Source: Hydrogenophaga sp. (GTDB lineage: Bacteria > Pseudomonadota > Gammaproteobacteria > Burkholderiales > Burkholderiaceae_C). Taken from it: 43,912 bases of DNA. The stretch lies in contig NZ_JBPCSJ010000204.1 in NCBI RefSeq assembly GCF_051007235.1, positions 1-43,912 of the forward strand, given 5' to 3'. The notes under the pieces are model-generated. The model searched no databases, was not told the origin of the DNA, and worked only from the letters and a program-made list of their open reading frames with translations. This document shows positions 8,038 to 18,176 of this stretch, one piece after another; positions within the stretch are counted from its first letter, which is position 1; every line of letters begins with the position of its first letter. The translations under genes were made by a program, and so were the position numbers.

Positions 8038-8310
8038 TCAGTTCAGCGCATCCTTCAGGGCCTTGCCCGGACGGAACTTCGGCACCTTGGCGGCCTTGAT
8101 TTTAATCTCAGCGCCCGTGCGGGGGTTGCGACCCTTGCGGGCAGGACGCTTGGTGACGGCAAACGAGCCGAAACCGACCAGCGACACGGTGCCGCCTTTT
8201 TTGAGCGTGGTGCGGATGGCGGTGATGGTGGAATCCAGCGCACGCGTGGCGGCCGCCTTGGAGATGTCGGCGTGCTTGGCGATGTGTTCGACGAGTTCTG
8301 TTTTGTTCAC
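8038..8310 (-). CDS. hupB: DNA-binding protein HU
   Basis: GTG start gives [11 protein letters not shown]...VSLVGFGSF...RKGRNPRTG...[14 protein letters not shown] (90 aa), the HU signature. Confidence 0.95.
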   Translation of the reverse strand: MNKTELVEHIAKHADISKAAATRALDSTITAIRTTLKKGGTVSLVGFGSFAVTKRPARKGRNPRTGAEIKIKAAKVPKFRPGKALKDALN

Positions 8311-8453
8311 AAATAGCCCCTCTAGAAATGATTTGATGAATCCCTTCGGACCCACCGCTGACAGCGTTGGCCACCATGGTGTGCAAGGCTGGCGGTGCGG
8401 CCGCTCGTGTTCGCATCGGCCCGGACGAGTCGCCGAAAAACTAATGCCTTGTG

Positions 8454-8483
8454 ATTAAACCCATGGGGCAAAGCCCCTGTCAA
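8454..8483 (-). promoter_or_regulatory. Sigma70-type promoter for HU
   Basis: TTGACA (8478-8483), 18-bp spacer, TTTAAT (8454-8459) on the minus strand. Confidence 0.6.
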
Positions 8484-8605
8484 CACAGGCCAGTCGAACG
8501 CCGCCCGGGGCGCACGCGAAACGCGAGATTCTAGACGCATTGGCCACACGGGCCCGTCCCGTCCGAGAAATTTGGCACACCTTGCGCACTCCTGGGTAGA
8601 CAACC

Positions 8606-9703
8606 TCAAGCCAGCAGTGCGGCCGCGATCGCACGCCCCACTTCCGCGGTGCTGGCGGAGCCGCCCAGGTCGCGTGTGCGGGGCGCGCCGCTGCCGGGCT
8701 GCAAGGTCGTTTCGATGGCCCTCATCACCGCGTCGTGTGCGTCGCGGTACCCCAGGTGGTCCAGCATCATGGCGCCACACCAGATCTGGCCGATGGGGTT
8801 GGCAATGCCCTGCCCGGCGATGTCGGGCGCCGAGCCGTGCACCGGTTCAAAAAGCGAGGGGTGCTGGCGCGTCGGGTTGAGGTTGGCGCTGGGCGCGATG
8901 CCGATGGTGCCGGTGCAGGCGGGACCCAGGTCGCTCAGGATGTCGCCGAACAGGTTGCTGCCGACCACCACGTCGAAGAAGTCGGGGCGTTGAACGAAGT
9001 GCGCGGTCAGGATGTCGATGTGGAAATTGTCGACCTTCACGTCCGGGTATTCCTTGGCCATCGCCTCCACACGCTCATCCCAGTACGGCATGGTGATGGC
9101 GATGCCGTTGCTCTTGGTTGCGCTGGTCAGGTGTTTCTTGGGCCGCGAGCGTGCCACTTCAAAAGCGTAGCGCAGCACGCGGTCGACGCCGATGCGGGAC
9201 ATCACCGTTTCCTGCACCACGATCTCGCGCTCGGTGCCTGGGTACATGCGACCGCCGATGCTGGAGTATTCGCCCTCGGTGTTTTCGCGCACGATGACCA
9301 TGTCGATCTCGCCGGGCTGGCGCGGGCTGCCGTCGCGGCGCACGACGGGGGCCATCACGCCGGGCATCAGTTTGGCGGGCCGCACGTTCACGTACTGGTC
9401 GAACTCGCGGCGGAACATCAGCAGCGAGCCCCAGAGCGAAATGTGGTCCGGCACCTTGTCGGGCCAGCCCACGGCGCCGAAGTAGATGGCGTCGTGACCG
9501 CCAATTTGCTCTATCCAGTCGTCGGGCAGCATCTTGCCGTGGCGTTCGTGGTAGTCACAACTGGCGAAGTCGAAGTGGTCGAACCGCAGCGGGATGTTGA
9601 ACTTCGAAGCGGCCGCTTCGAGCACGCGGATGCCCTCGGGCATGACTTCGGTGCCGATGCCATCGCCGGCAATGACAGCGATGCGGTGGGGTGTCTGGCT
9701 CAT
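8606..9703 (-). CDS. dmlA: Tartrate dehydrogenase / D-malate dehydrogenase (decarboxylating)
   Basis: IPMDH/ICDH family motifs GDGIGTEV, RENTEGEYS, NLFGDILSDL, EPVHGSAPDIAG, plus subfamily-type segments VPDHISLWGSLL and SATKSNGIAITMPYWDE. Confidence 0.9.
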   Translation of the reverse strand: MSQTPHRIAVIAGDGIGTEVMPEGIRVLEAAASKFNIPLRFDHFDFASCDYHERHGKMLPDDWIEQIGGHDAIYFGAVGWPDKVPDHISLWGSLLMFRREFDQYVNVRPAKLMPGVMAPVVRRDGSPRQPGEIDMVIVRENTEGEYSSIGGRMYPGTEREIVVQETVMSRIGVDRVLRYAFEVARSRPKKHLTSATKSNGIAITMPYWDERVEAMAKEYPDVKVDNFHIDILTAHFVQRPDFFDVVVGSNLFGDILSDLGPACTGTIGIAPSANLNPTRQHPSLFEPVHGSAPDIAGQGIANPIGQIWCGAMMLDHLGYRDAHDAVMRAIETTLQPGSGAPRTRDLGGSASTAEVGRAIAAALLA

Positions 9704-9788
9704 GGGGGTCTCCTGCAGCGGTGCGTTGGTGATGCGTGCAGCTTAGCGCTGACAGCCTACATAATCAGGCAACCCATTGATTCCCAAA

Positions 9789-10769
9789 ATGCAACAATTG
9801 GACCGCCCCGACCTGGAACTGGTGCTGGCCATCCGCCAGCACAGCACGCTCGCCGCCGCGGCGCGGGCACTGGGCCTGGCCGCGCCCGCAGCCACCAAAC
9901 GGCTGGCCGCGATCGAGGCCCGCCTGGGTCTGCGGCTTTTCCAGCGCACCACGCGGCGCGTGAGCCCCACCGCCGAAGGCGACGCGGTGTGTGAACGCGC
10001 GACCGAGCTGCTGCGCGGCTTCGAGGCACTGGAGAGCGAATTGCGCGAGCGCCGCGCCGAACCGTCCGGTCCCATCCGCCTGGCCGCCACCTTCGGTTTC
10101 GGCCGGCATTGGGTCGGCCCGGCCCTGGCCGCTTTTCAGCGGCGCTACCCGGCGATCAGCGTGCAGCTGCAGCTGACCGAGCAACTGCCCGACCTGGCCG
10201 TGGCCGGTTTTGACGGTGCCATCTGGCTGTGGAGCGCACCGGCGCAGCGCGCCAGCGAATGGGTCTCACGTCCGCTGGCCCTCAACCAGAGGGTGCTGGT
10301 GGCTGCGCCGGCGTACCTGGCGCGCTACGGCACGCCGAACACACTGCAGGACCTGCGCCAGCACCATTGCCTGGTGGTGCGCGAGAACGGCGGACTGACC
10401 GACCGGCACTTTGACCACTGGCGCCTGCACCCGTCCGACGGATCGCCCGCCTTGCATGTGCAGGTGCGCGGGCCGCTGAGCAGCAACTCGGGCGAGATGG
10501 TGCGCGACTGGTGTCTGGCGGGCCAGGGCATCATGCTGCGCAGTCTGTGGGACATCGCTCCCCAGCTGGCCAGCGGCGAACTGGTTCGGGTGCTGCCGGG
10601 CTGGTCCATGCCCGACGCCGACATCCACTGGCTGGCGCCTTATCGGGCCCAGGTGCCGCGGCGCATCCGCCTGCTGGTGGAGCACCTGGCGGCACATTTC
10701 GGCACCGAGCCGTGGAAGCTCAAACCGGTTTCGGCGCCCGCACCACCAGGCTCACGCCAAAAGCGGTGA
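9789..10769 (+). CDS. LysR-family regulator (DmlR-like), divergent from the dehydrogenase
   Basis: HTH AAARALGLAAPAATKRLAAIEARLGLRLFQRTTRRV and LysR substrate domain (GQGIMLRSLWDI). Start could be 9777. Confidence 0.9.
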   Translation: MQQLDRPDLELVLAIRQHSTLAAAARALGLAAPAATKRLAAIEARLGLRLFQRTTRRVSPTAEGDAVCERATELLRGFEALESELRERRAEPSGPIRLAATFGFGRHWVGPALAAFQRRYPAISVQLQLTEQLPDLAVAGFDGAIWLWSAPAQRASEWVSRPLALNQRVLVAAPAYLARYGTPNTLQDLRQHHCLVVRENGGLTDRHFDHWRLHPSDGSPALHVQVRGPLSSNSGEMVRDWCLAGQGIMLRSLWDIAPQLASGELVRVLPGWSMPDADIHWLAPYRAQVPRRIRLLVEHLAAHFGTEPWKLKPVSAPAPPGSRQKR

Positions 10770-11640
10770 GCGCGGTGCCCGCCAGCGTGGTGGCAGTGAT
10801 GGGCTCTGCGAACAGCAGCCACGCGATCAGCGCGGTGCTGGGCGGCACCAGGTACATGAGGCTGGTGACGGACGCTGCCGCGCCGCGCTGGATCAATATG
10901 TACAGCAGCGAGCTGCCGCCCAGGGTCAGCCCCAGCACCGACCACGCCATGGCGCCGACCAGTTCGCCGTTCACAGCGCCGCCGGGCAGCGTCCAGCGCA
11001 TGGTTTCCCCCTCCAGCAAGGCCAGCGGCAGGGTCACCACCAAGGCCGCGGTCAGCTGCACCGTGTTGGCGGTGCGCACGTCACAGGGCTGCACAAAACG
11101 CTTCTGGTAGAGCGTGCCGACCGTGATGGCGAACAGGGCCATCACCGCAAACGACAGGTTGTGCCAGTTGGCCGAATCGCCGGGACCACCGGCCCCGAAC
11201 TTGCGCGAGACCACCAGCACCAGACCGGCAAAGCCCAGCAGCAGCCCCAGCCATTGGCGACGCGAGACGTGCTGCCCGCCCACGCTGGTGAGCCAGATGG
11301 CGGTGAGCACCGGCTGGATGCCGACGATCAGAGAAGACAGCCCGGACCCCATGCCCGCCTTGACCGCGGCCCAGACGCCGCCCAGGTAGCCCGCGTGCAT
11401 GAGGATGCCGGTGATCGCCAGGTGCAGCGCCTGGGTGCGGTTGCCCGGCCACTTCACACCGGCCAGCACGATCCACGGCAGAAAACACAGGATGGACAGC
11501 GCGTAGCGCACCGCCAGAAAGGACATGGGCGGCGCGTGTGGCATGCCGTAGCGCGCCACGATGAAGCCGGTGCTCCAGATCAGCACGAAGACCCCGGGCA
11601 TGGCGCGCAGCCACGCGTTGTCTTGAACCGCGGGTGCCAT
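10720..11640 (-). CDS. DMT/EamA-family transporter
   Basis: About 10 TM segments with IWSTGFIVARYG, QPVLTA and YLVPP motifs. The ATG overlaps the pgsA stop (TGATG). Confidence 0.9.
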   Translation of the reverse strand: MAPAVQDNAWLRAMPGVFVLIWSTGFIVARYGMPHAPPMSFLAVRYALSILCFLPWIVLAGVKWPGNRTQALHLAITGILMHAGYLGGVWAAVKAGMGSGLSSLIVGIQPVLTAIWLTSVGGQHVSRRQWLGLLLGFAGLVLVVSRKFGAGGPGDSANWHNLSFAVMALFAITVGTLYQKRFVQPCDVRTANTVQLTAALVVTLPLALLEGETMRWTLPGGAVNGELVGAMAWSVLGLTLGGSSLLYILIQRGAAASVTSLMYLVPPSTALIAWLLFAEPITATTLAGTALTAFGVSLVVRAPKPV

Positions 11641-12209
11641 CAGCGCGAGCGGGCGCGGATGTCGGGCAGCGCCTTTTGCAGGTAATACACCATGGACCAG
11701 ACGGTGAGCACCGCCGAGATCCAGATCAGCCAGGTGCCCCAAAGGTGGGTGTCGATGGCATCGAACAGCCGGCCGTTGAACAGCAGGAACGGGATGGCCG
11801 TCATCTGCACCGCGGTCTTGAGCTTGCCCACCATGTGCACCGCCACGCTCTTGGTCGCGCCGATGATGGCCATCCACTCGCGCAGCGACGAGATGGCGAT
11901 TTCACGGCCGATGATGATGAGCGCGACGAACACGTCGGCCCGGTTCATGTGCACCAGCACCAGCAAGCTGGCGCAGACCAGGAACTTGTCGGCCACCGGA
12001 TCGAGGAAGGCACCGAAAGCCGAAGTCTGGTTGAGCCGGCGGGCCAGGTAGCCGTCGGCCCAGTCGGTGGCGGCGAACACCACGAACAGCACCGTGGCGA
12101 ACAGGTTCTGCTCGCCCGCGCTCAGGCCTTCCAGATAGAACACCCCAACGATCAGCGGGATGGCGACGATGCGCGCCCAGGTCAGCAGGGTGGGAAGGTT
12201 GAAAAACAT
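11640..12209 (-). CDS. pgsA: CDP-diacylglycerol--glycerol-3-phosphate 3-phosphatidyltransferase
   Basis: NLPTLLTWARI and CDP-alcohol motif TDWADGYLARRLNQTSAFGAFLDPVADK. Follows uvrC. Confidence 0.96.
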   Translation of the reverse strand: MFFNLPTLLTWARIVAIPLIVGVFYLEGLSAGEQNLFATVLFVVFAATDWADGYLARRLNQTSAFGAFLDPVADKFLVCASLLVLVHMNRADVFVALIIIGREIAISSLREWMAIIGATKSVAVHMVGKLKTAVQMTAIPFLLFNGRLFDAIDTHLWGTWLIWISAVLTVWSMVYYLQKALPDIRARSR

Positions 12210-12247
12210 GGGGCGATTATGGGGGAGTCGTTCATCGCTGCAGGAGC

Positions 12248-12332
12248 ACACAGCCGATCCGGCGCCGGGCCGCCCCAATCCGGATCAGCACCCCTGGGGG
12301 GCAGCGACCCGCGCAGCGGCGGAGCGTGGGGG
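12248..12332. repeat. REP/MITE-like dispersed intergenic repeat (divergent member)
   Basis: Hairpin GATCCGG...CCGGATC followed by CCCCTGGGGGG...CCGCGCAGCGGCG...GGGGG; same architecture as 18087-18170. Confidence 0.65.
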
Positions 12333-14366
12333 TCAGTGCAAGGCACGGTAGATGGCGTCGGCGAGTTCGGCCGAAATGCCTTCGACGGTGGCCAGGTCGT
12401 CCACGCTGGCCGAGGCCACGCCACGCACGCCGCCGAAACGCTGCAACAGCCGCGCGCGCTTCTTGGGGCCCACGCCCGGAATGTCTTCGAGCTTGCTGCC
12501 ACCGGTGCGCACCTTGGCACGCGCCGCGCGCATGCCGGTGATGGCGAAGCGGTGCGCCTCGTCGCGGATCTGGGCCACCAGCATGAGCGCGGCCGAGTCG
12601 TGACCCAGGTAGACCTTCTCTCGGCCGTCGGCAAACACCAGTTCCTCCAGCCCCACCTTGCGGCCCTCGCCTTTTTCCACGCCCACGATGAGCGACAGGT
12701 CCAGGCCGAGCTGCTGGAACACCTCACGCGCCATGCTGACCTGGCCCTTGCCGCCATCGACCAGCACCAGGTCGGGCATGCGCGGGCCTTTCGGTGCTTC
12801 AGCGTTGGCGTCCTTGGCGGGCTCGGTGGCGGCGTCCTCCACGGGTGCCGCGTCGGCCTGCACCGCCGCACCCTCGCGCTCGGCGCGCAGCGCCTCGGCG
12901 ATCTTGCCGTAGCGGCGCAGCAGCACCTGGCGCATGGCGGCGTAGTCGTCGCCGCCGGTGATGCCCTCGATGTTGTAGCGGCGGTACTGGCTGTTCTGCA
13001 TCTTGTGGCCCTCGAACACCACACAGGACGCCTGGGTCGATTCGCCGGCCGTGTGCGAGATGTCGAAGCACTCGATGCGCAGTTCGTCCAGTTCGTCGTC
13101 GGGCAGGCCCAGCGCCTCGGCCAGCGCGCGGGTGCGGGCCTGTTGCGAACCCTCTTCGGCCAGCAGGCGCGCGAGCGCGATCTCGGCGTTCTTCTGCGCC
13201 ATGTCCAGCCAGGCGCGGCGGTGTTCGCGCGGCTGGTGCACCGCGTGCACCTTGGCGCCGTTCTGTTCGGTCAGCGCCTCCAGCAGGTATTTGCCCACCG
13301 CGTGGCTGGTCACCAGGGTGTGCGGCAGGGCCGCACCCAGGTAGTGCTGGGCGATGAAGGCTTCGAGCACGCGCACGTGCACCCGCTCCAGAGGATCGCC
13401 CTCGCGGACCTCGCCTTCCGTTTCCAGCCCCTCGTCGATCTGGGTTGCGTCGTCCACATGGGCCGGAAAATACGGCCGGTCGCCCAGGTGGCGGCCGCCG
13501 CGCACCATGGCCAGGTTCACGCAGGCCTTACCGCCCTGCACCTTGACGGCCAGGATGTCCACATCCCGGTCGCTCAGGTTGTCCATGGCCTGCTGGTGCA
13601 GCACGCGCGAGAGCGCGCTCATCTGGTTGCGGATCTCGGCCGCCTGCTCGAACTCCAGCTTCTCGGCGTGCGCCAGCATGCGCTGCTCCAGCTCGTCCAG
13701 CACGGCCTGGGTTTCGCCGCGCAGAAAGCGCTCGGCCGCCGTCACGTCGCGCCCGTAGGTCTCCATGTCGACCAGGTCCACACAGGGGCCGCTGCAGCGT
13801 TTGATCTGGTAGAGCAGGCAGGGCCGCGTGCGGTTGGCGAAAACCGTGTCCTCGCAGGTGCGCAGGCGGAAGACTTTCTGCAGCAGGGTGATGGACTCCT
13901 TGACCGCCCAGGCACTGGGGTAGGGACCGTAGTAGCTGTGGCGCTTGTCGATCACGCCGCGGTAGTACGCCATGCGCGGAAAGGCCAGCATGGGCACCGG
14001 CATCGCTCCGGCGGTGCGGAAGGTTTCGCGCGTGCCGGTGATCTTGAGGTAAGGGTAGCTCTTGTCGTCGCGGAACAGGATGTTGAATTTGGGGTTCAAC
14101 GTCTTGATCAGGTTGTTTTCCAGCAGCAGCGCCTCGGCCTCGGAGCGCACCACCGTGGTCTCCATGCGCACGATCTTGCCGACCATGTGGCCGATGCGGG
14201 TGCCGCCGTGGTCCTTCTGGAAGTAGCTGCTGACGCGCTTTTTCAGGTTGCGCGCCTTGCCCACATAGAGCACCTGGTTCTGGGCGTCGAAGTAGCGGTA
14301 GACGCCCGGCAGCGCGGGCAGCGCGGCCACTTCGGCCAGCAACTGTTCGGAATGGGTGTCGGACAT
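12333..14366 (-). CDS. uvrC: Excinuclease ABC subunit C
   Basis: GIY-YIG (PGVYRY...[17 protein letters not shown]), Cys cluster, UVR domain, RNase H-like IECFDISH / [22 protein letters not shown] and HhH repeats. Confidence 0.97.
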   Translation of the reverse strand: MSDTHSEQLLAEVAALPALPGVYRYFDAQNQVLYVGKARNLKKRVSSYFQKDHGGTRIGHMVGKIVRMETTVVRSEAEALLLENNLIKTLNPKFNILFRDDKSYPYLKITGTRETFRTAGAMPVPMLAFPRMAYYRGVIDKRHSYYGPYPSAWAVKESITLLQKVFRLRTCEDTVFANRTRPCLLYQIKRCSGPCVDLVDMETYGRDVTAAERFLRGETQAVLDELEQRMLAHAEKLEFEQAAEIRNQMSALSRVLHQQAMDNLSDRDVDILAVKVQGGKACVNLAMVRGGRHLGDRPYFPAHVDDATQIDEGLETEGEVREGDPLERVHVRVLEAFIAQHYLGAALPHTLVTSHAVGKYLLEALTEQNGAKVHAVHQPREHRRAWLDMAQKNAEIALARLLAEEGSQQARTRALAEALGLPDDELDELRIECFDISHTAGESTQASCVVFEGHKMQNSQYRRYNIEGITGGDDYAAMRQVLLRRYGKIAEALRAEREGAAVQADAAPVEDAATEPAKDANAEAPKGPRMPDLVLVDGGKGQVSMAREVFQQLGLDLSLIVGVEKGEGRKVGLEELVFADGREKVYLGHDSAALMLVAQIRDEAHRFAITGMRAARAKVRTGGSKLEDIPGVGPKKRARLLQRFGGVRGVASASVDDLATVEGISAELADAIYRALH

Positions 14367-14406
14367 GGGCCGTATTGTGTCGCCCGCCGGCATGGACAAT
14401 CGCGCC

Positions 14407-15504
14407 ATGCGTTGGGACATCTTCTGTCACGTCATCGACAACCTGGGCGACATCGGCGTCTGCTGGCGGCTGTGCGCCGACCTGGCCGGCCGCGGCGAGC
14501 AGGTGCGCCTGTGGATCGACCAGCCCGAGCCACTGCGGTGGATGGCGTCCGGCGCGCTGGAGGGCCAGGTGCCCGGCGTGCAGGTGCTGCACTGGACCAC
14601 GCCGCTCTCGCCAGCCCTGCCCGCCGCGCTGCCAACCGCCGACGTCTGGGTGGAAGCCTTCGGCTGCGACGCGGCGCCGGAATGCGCCCAGCACCTGGCA
14701 TCCGTCCTGGCACAAGGGCACCCGCCACCGGTCTGGATCAACCTCGAATACCTGAGCGCCGAACGGTACGTGGAGCGCTCGCACCGCCTGCCCTCCCCCG
14801 TGAACAGCGGCCCGCTCAGAGGTCTGACCAAGTGGTTTTTCTACCCCGGCTTCACCTTGGCCACCGGCGGGCTGCTGCGCGAGGCCGATCTGCTGGAACG
14901 TCAAGCCAGCTTCAAGGCCGACGACTGGCTGCGCACATTGGGCCTGCCCTTGACCGGCCAGCGCCGTGTGAGCCTGTTCTGCTACGAGCCGCCGGTCCTG
15001 CCCGCCGTGCTCCAGCAGGCCGGGCAGGACGCCCTGGCCAGCGACTGGCTGGTGACCCCAGGCCGCGCCACACAGGCGGTGGCCCTTGCGCGCGAACAAA
15101 TCGGTGAGTCCGGCGCCGCCTGCCAGTTGCACGCCCTCCCCGCGCTGACCCAGCGCAACTTCGACCACCTGCTGTGGGCCTGCGACCTGAACTTCGTGCG
15201 CGGCGAGGACTCGCTGGTGCGCGCCCTGTGGGCCGGCCAGCCCTTCGTCTGGCACATCTACCCGCAGCACGACGACGCGCATCACGCCAAGCTCGAGGCC
15301 TTTCTGGATTGGCTGCAAGCGCCGCCCTCGCTACGGGCGTTTCACCGCGCCTGGAACGGCATTGAAGCCACGGCCGGCCCGGTCTGGCCCGGCTGGGCGG
15401 TGGTCGACGGCTGGCGCACCTGCGTGCTCGCGGCCCGTGATCGCCTGCTGGCGCAGCCCGACCTGAGCACGCAGCTGATCAAATTCATCGCCCAAAAGCG
15501 ATAA
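14407..15504 (+). CDS. earP: EF-P arginine rhamnosyltransferase EarP
   Basis: [52 protein letters not shown] motifs; immediately upstream of efp. Confidence 0.95.
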   Translation: MRWDIFCHVIDNLGDIGVCWRLCADLAGRGEQVRLWIDQPEPLRWMASGALEGQVPGVQVLHWTTPLSPALPAALPTADVWVEAFGCDAAPECAQHLASVLAQGHPPPVWINLEYLSAERYVERSHRLPSPVNSGPLRGLTKWFFYPGFTLATGGLLREADLLERQASFKADDWLRTLGLPLTGQRRVSLFCYEPPVLPAVLQQAGQDALASDWLVTPGRATQAVALAREQIGESGAACQLHALPALTQRNFDHLLWACDLNFVRGEDSLVRALWAGQPFVWHIYPQHDDAHHAKLEAFLDWLQAPPSLRAFHRAWNGIEATAGPVWPGWAVVDGWRTCVLAARDRLLAQPDLSTQLIKFIAQKR

Positions 15505-15654
15505 AATTCAAGGCTTTGCGGAAAACCGGTCCGGTTCACACCGAGCCCCGTTGCCTGCCAGCCATCTGCCTCGCCGCACAGATCGCAGCCATCAGCACCG
15601 TTCCCGGGCCTTTTCAGCCCTGCCGGAACAAGCGGCCCAACCGTTGGAATCTTT

Positions 15655-16209
15655 ATGAAAATCGCCCAAGAACTGCGCGCCGGCAATGTGATCATGCACG
15701 GCAAGGACCCGATGATCGTCCTGAAGACCGAATACGCCCGTGGCGGCCGTGGCGCGGCCACCGTGCGTCTGAAGCTCAAGGCCCTGCTGAACAACATGGC
15801 CACCGAAGTCGTCTGCCGTGCCGACGACAAGATGGACCAGATCATCCTGGACAAGAAGGAGTGCACCTACTCCTACTTCGCCGATCCGATGTACGTCTGC
15901 ATGGACGCCGACTTCAACCAGTACGAAGTTGAAGCCGAAAACATGGGCGACGCCCTGAACTACCTGGAAGACGGCATGGCCGTTGAAGTGGTGTTCTACG
16001 ACGGCAAGGCCATCTCGGTCGAACTGCCCACCAGCGTGGTGCGCGAAATCACCTGGACCGAACCCGCCGTCAAGGGCGACACGTCCGGCAAGGTGCTCAA
16101 GCCCGCCAAGATCGCCACCGGCTTCGAAATCCCCGTGCCGCTGTTTGTGGACCAGGGCGACAAGATCGAAATCCACACCCGCACGGGCGAATACCGCAAG
16201 CGCGTCTGA
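15655..16209 (+). CDS. efp: Elongation factor P (Arg32 type)
   Basis: EF-P sequence with Arg at position 32 (RGGR32G), [23 protein letters not shown]. Confidence 0.97.
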   Translation: MKIAQELRAGNVIMHGKDPMIVLKTEYARGGRGAATVRLKLKALLNNMATEVVCRADDKMDQIILDKKECTYSYFADPMYVCMDADFNQYEVEAENMGDALNYLEDGMAVEVVFYDGKAISVELPTSVVREITWTEPAVKGDTSGKVLKPAKIATGFEIPVPLFVDQGDKIEIHTRTGEYRKRV

Positions 16210-16228
16210 TCTCCTGCCGCGTTGAATG

Positions 16229-16253
16229 AAAAGGCTCCTGCGGGAGCCTTTTT
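16229..16253 (+). terminator. Intrinsic terminator after efp
   Basis: AAAAGGCTCC-TGCG-GGAGCCTTTTT. Confidence 0.88.
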
Positions 16254-16270
16254 GCTTTTCAAATCTGCAC

Positions 16271-17149
16271 ATGGACCTCATCTCCCGTATCGCCGACGTC
16301 ATCGTCCCGGTGTTCCTCATCGTGGCGATCGGCTACGGGTACGCGCGCCGCGCGCCGCCCGACCTGACCACGTTCAACCGCATCGCGCTCGATGTGCTGG
16401 CCCCCGTGCTGGTGTATTCGGCGCTCGCCTCGCGGGACTTCCACCTGGCCGACCATCTGCCGCTGCTGCTCGGCGGTACGGTGCTGATCCTTGGAAGCGG
16501 CCTGCTGGCCTGGCCGCTGGCGCGCCTGTTCGGCGCGCAGCCCCGTACCCTGGTGCCGGTGGTGATGTTCAACAACTGCGGCAACATGGGCCTGCCGCTG
16601 GCCCTGCTGGCGTTCGGTCCGGCCCACTTCGGGGCAGCGGTGGCGCTGTTCTCGGTCAGCAACCTGTTCCACTTTTCCATCGGCGCGCGCATCACCAGCG
16701 CATCGGCCCGCACGCGCGATCTGCTGACCAGCCCGCTGATGATCGGCACCGCGCTGGGCTTCGCGAGCGCCTTGACGGATCTGCGCCCGCCCGACGCCCT
16801 GCTCTCGGGCCTGAAGCTGCTGGGCGATGCCTTGCTGCCGATGATGCTGTTCGCGCTCGGTGTGCGCCTGACCTCGCTCACGCGCCAGGGGCTGGCGCTG
16901 GGCCTGCTGGGCGCGCTGGCCCGGCCCCTGATCGGTCTGGCGATCGGCATCCCGCTGGCATGGGCCCTGGGGCTGGAGGGCCCGGCGCGCGGGCAGCTGC
17001 TGCTGTTCGCGGCGCTGCCGCCGGCCGTGATGCAGTTCATGCTGGCCGACCGTTACCACCAGGAACCCGACAAGGTGGCCGCGATGATCATGCTGGGCAA
17101 CGCGCTGGCGGTGGTGTTCGTGCCGCTCGCGCTGGCGCTGGGTCTGTGA
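16271..17149 (+). CDS. AEC (auxin efflux carrier)-family transporter
   Basis: Polytopic membrane protein with IVPVFLIVAIGY, FNNCGNMGLPL and LPPAV motifs. Confidence 0.88.
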   Translation: MDLISRIADVIVPVFLIVAIGYGYARRAPPDLTTFNRIALDVLAPVLVYSALASRDFHLADHLPLLLGGTVLILGSGLLAWPLARLFGAQPRTLVPVVMFNNCGNMGLPLALLAFGPAHFGAAVALFSVSNLFHFSIGARITSASARTRDLLTSPLMIGTALGFASALTDLRPPDALLSGLKLLGDALLPMMLFALGVRLTSLTRQGLALGLLGALARPLIGLAIGIPLAWALGLEGPARGQLLLFAALPPAVMQFMLADRYHQEPDKVAAMIMLGNALAVVFVPLALALGL

Positions 17150-17180
17150 CCCACAATCTGGACACACACAAGGAAGCCGT

Positions 17181-18053
17181 ATGGAAACCACACACCACCT
17201 GAGCGAACAACGCATCGCCGACGCCTGGGCCGACCTGCAGGCCCATTCCAGCAGCGGCAACGTGCTGCAGGCCGACGCCTACCGCCTGGCCTTCGCCGAC
17301 CCCGAATTCCTGCTGCGCCGCGAGACGCGCGGCATCCGCTTCCAGCTGGAGATGCTCAAGCCCGACCTCGCCCAGAGCGAGCTGGGCATCGAGAACACCA
17401 TCGTGGTGTTTGGCAGCGCCCGCGTGCGCGAGCCGGCCGAGGCGCAACAGCAGCTGGAACTGGCCGAAGCCAGCGGTGACGCACGCGCCATCGCCAAGGC
17501 CAGGTCCTTGCAGCGCAATGCCCACTTCTACGACCGCGCCCGCGAGTTCGCGCGCATCGTGGCGCGCTACAGCGCCCGTTGCCCGAAGAACGACCAGCTG
17601 TTCATCTGCACCGGTGGCGGCCCCGGCATCATGGAAGCGGCCAACCGCGGCGCGCACGACGAAGGCGCGCTCAATGTGGGCCTGAACATCTCGCTGCCTC
17701 ACGAGCAATCGGGCAACCGCTTCATCTCACCCGAACTGAGCTTCAAGTTCCACTACTTCGCGCTGCGCAAGATGCACTTCATGATGCGCGCGAAGGCGCT
17801 CGTGGCGTTTCCGGGCGGCTTCGGCACGCTGGACGAGCTGTTCGAGGTCATCACCCTGGTGCAGTGCAAGAAGGCCAAGCCGGTGCCCATCGTGCTTTTC
17901 GGCAGCGACTACTGGAAGCGGCTGATCCACTTCGACGTGCTGGTCGACGAGGGCATGATCTCGCCGGAAGACGTGAACCTGTTCAAGCTGGTCGACGATC
18001 CGCAGGACGCCTGGGACCACATCGTCCAGTTCTACGATTTGCCGAAAGTCTGA
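17181..18053 (+). CDS. LOG-family (TIGR00730-like) nucleotide phosphoribohydrolase
   Basis: VFGSAR, TGGGPGIMEAANRGA, FHYFALRKMHF, PGGFGTLDELFE. Confidence 0.9.
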   Translation: METTHHLSEQRIADAWADLQAHSSSGNVLQADAYRLAFADPEFLLRRETRGIRFQLEMLKPDLAQSELGIENTIVVFGSARVREPAEAQQQLELAEASGDARAIAKARSLQRNAHFYDRAREFARIVARYSARCPKNDQLFICTGGGPGIMEAANRGAHDEGALNVGLNISLPHEQSGNRFISPELSFKFHYFALRKMHFMMRAKALVAFPGGFGTLDELFEVITLVQCKKAKPVPIVLFGSDYWKRLIHFDVLVDEGMISPEDVNLFKLVDDPQDAWDHIVQFYDLPKV

Positions 18054-18086
18054 CGCCCAGGTCCGACCGGCGCGGAGGGCCCCCGT

Positions 18087-18170
18087 CCAGCACACACCGT
18101 GGGACCGGCTCCGCCGGGCCACAGGTGTGGTCCCCCTGGGGGGAAGCCGCGCAGCGGCGCAGGGGGGGGA
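18087..18170. repeat. REP/MITE-like dispersed intergenic repeat between convergent genes
   Basis: CCAGCACACACCGTGGGACCGGCTCCGCCGGGCCACAGGTGTGGTCCCCCTGGGGGGAAGCCGCGCAGCGGCGCAGGGGG aligns with the reverse complement of 41787-41894. Confidence 0.85.
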
Positions 18171-18176
18171 GCCGTT

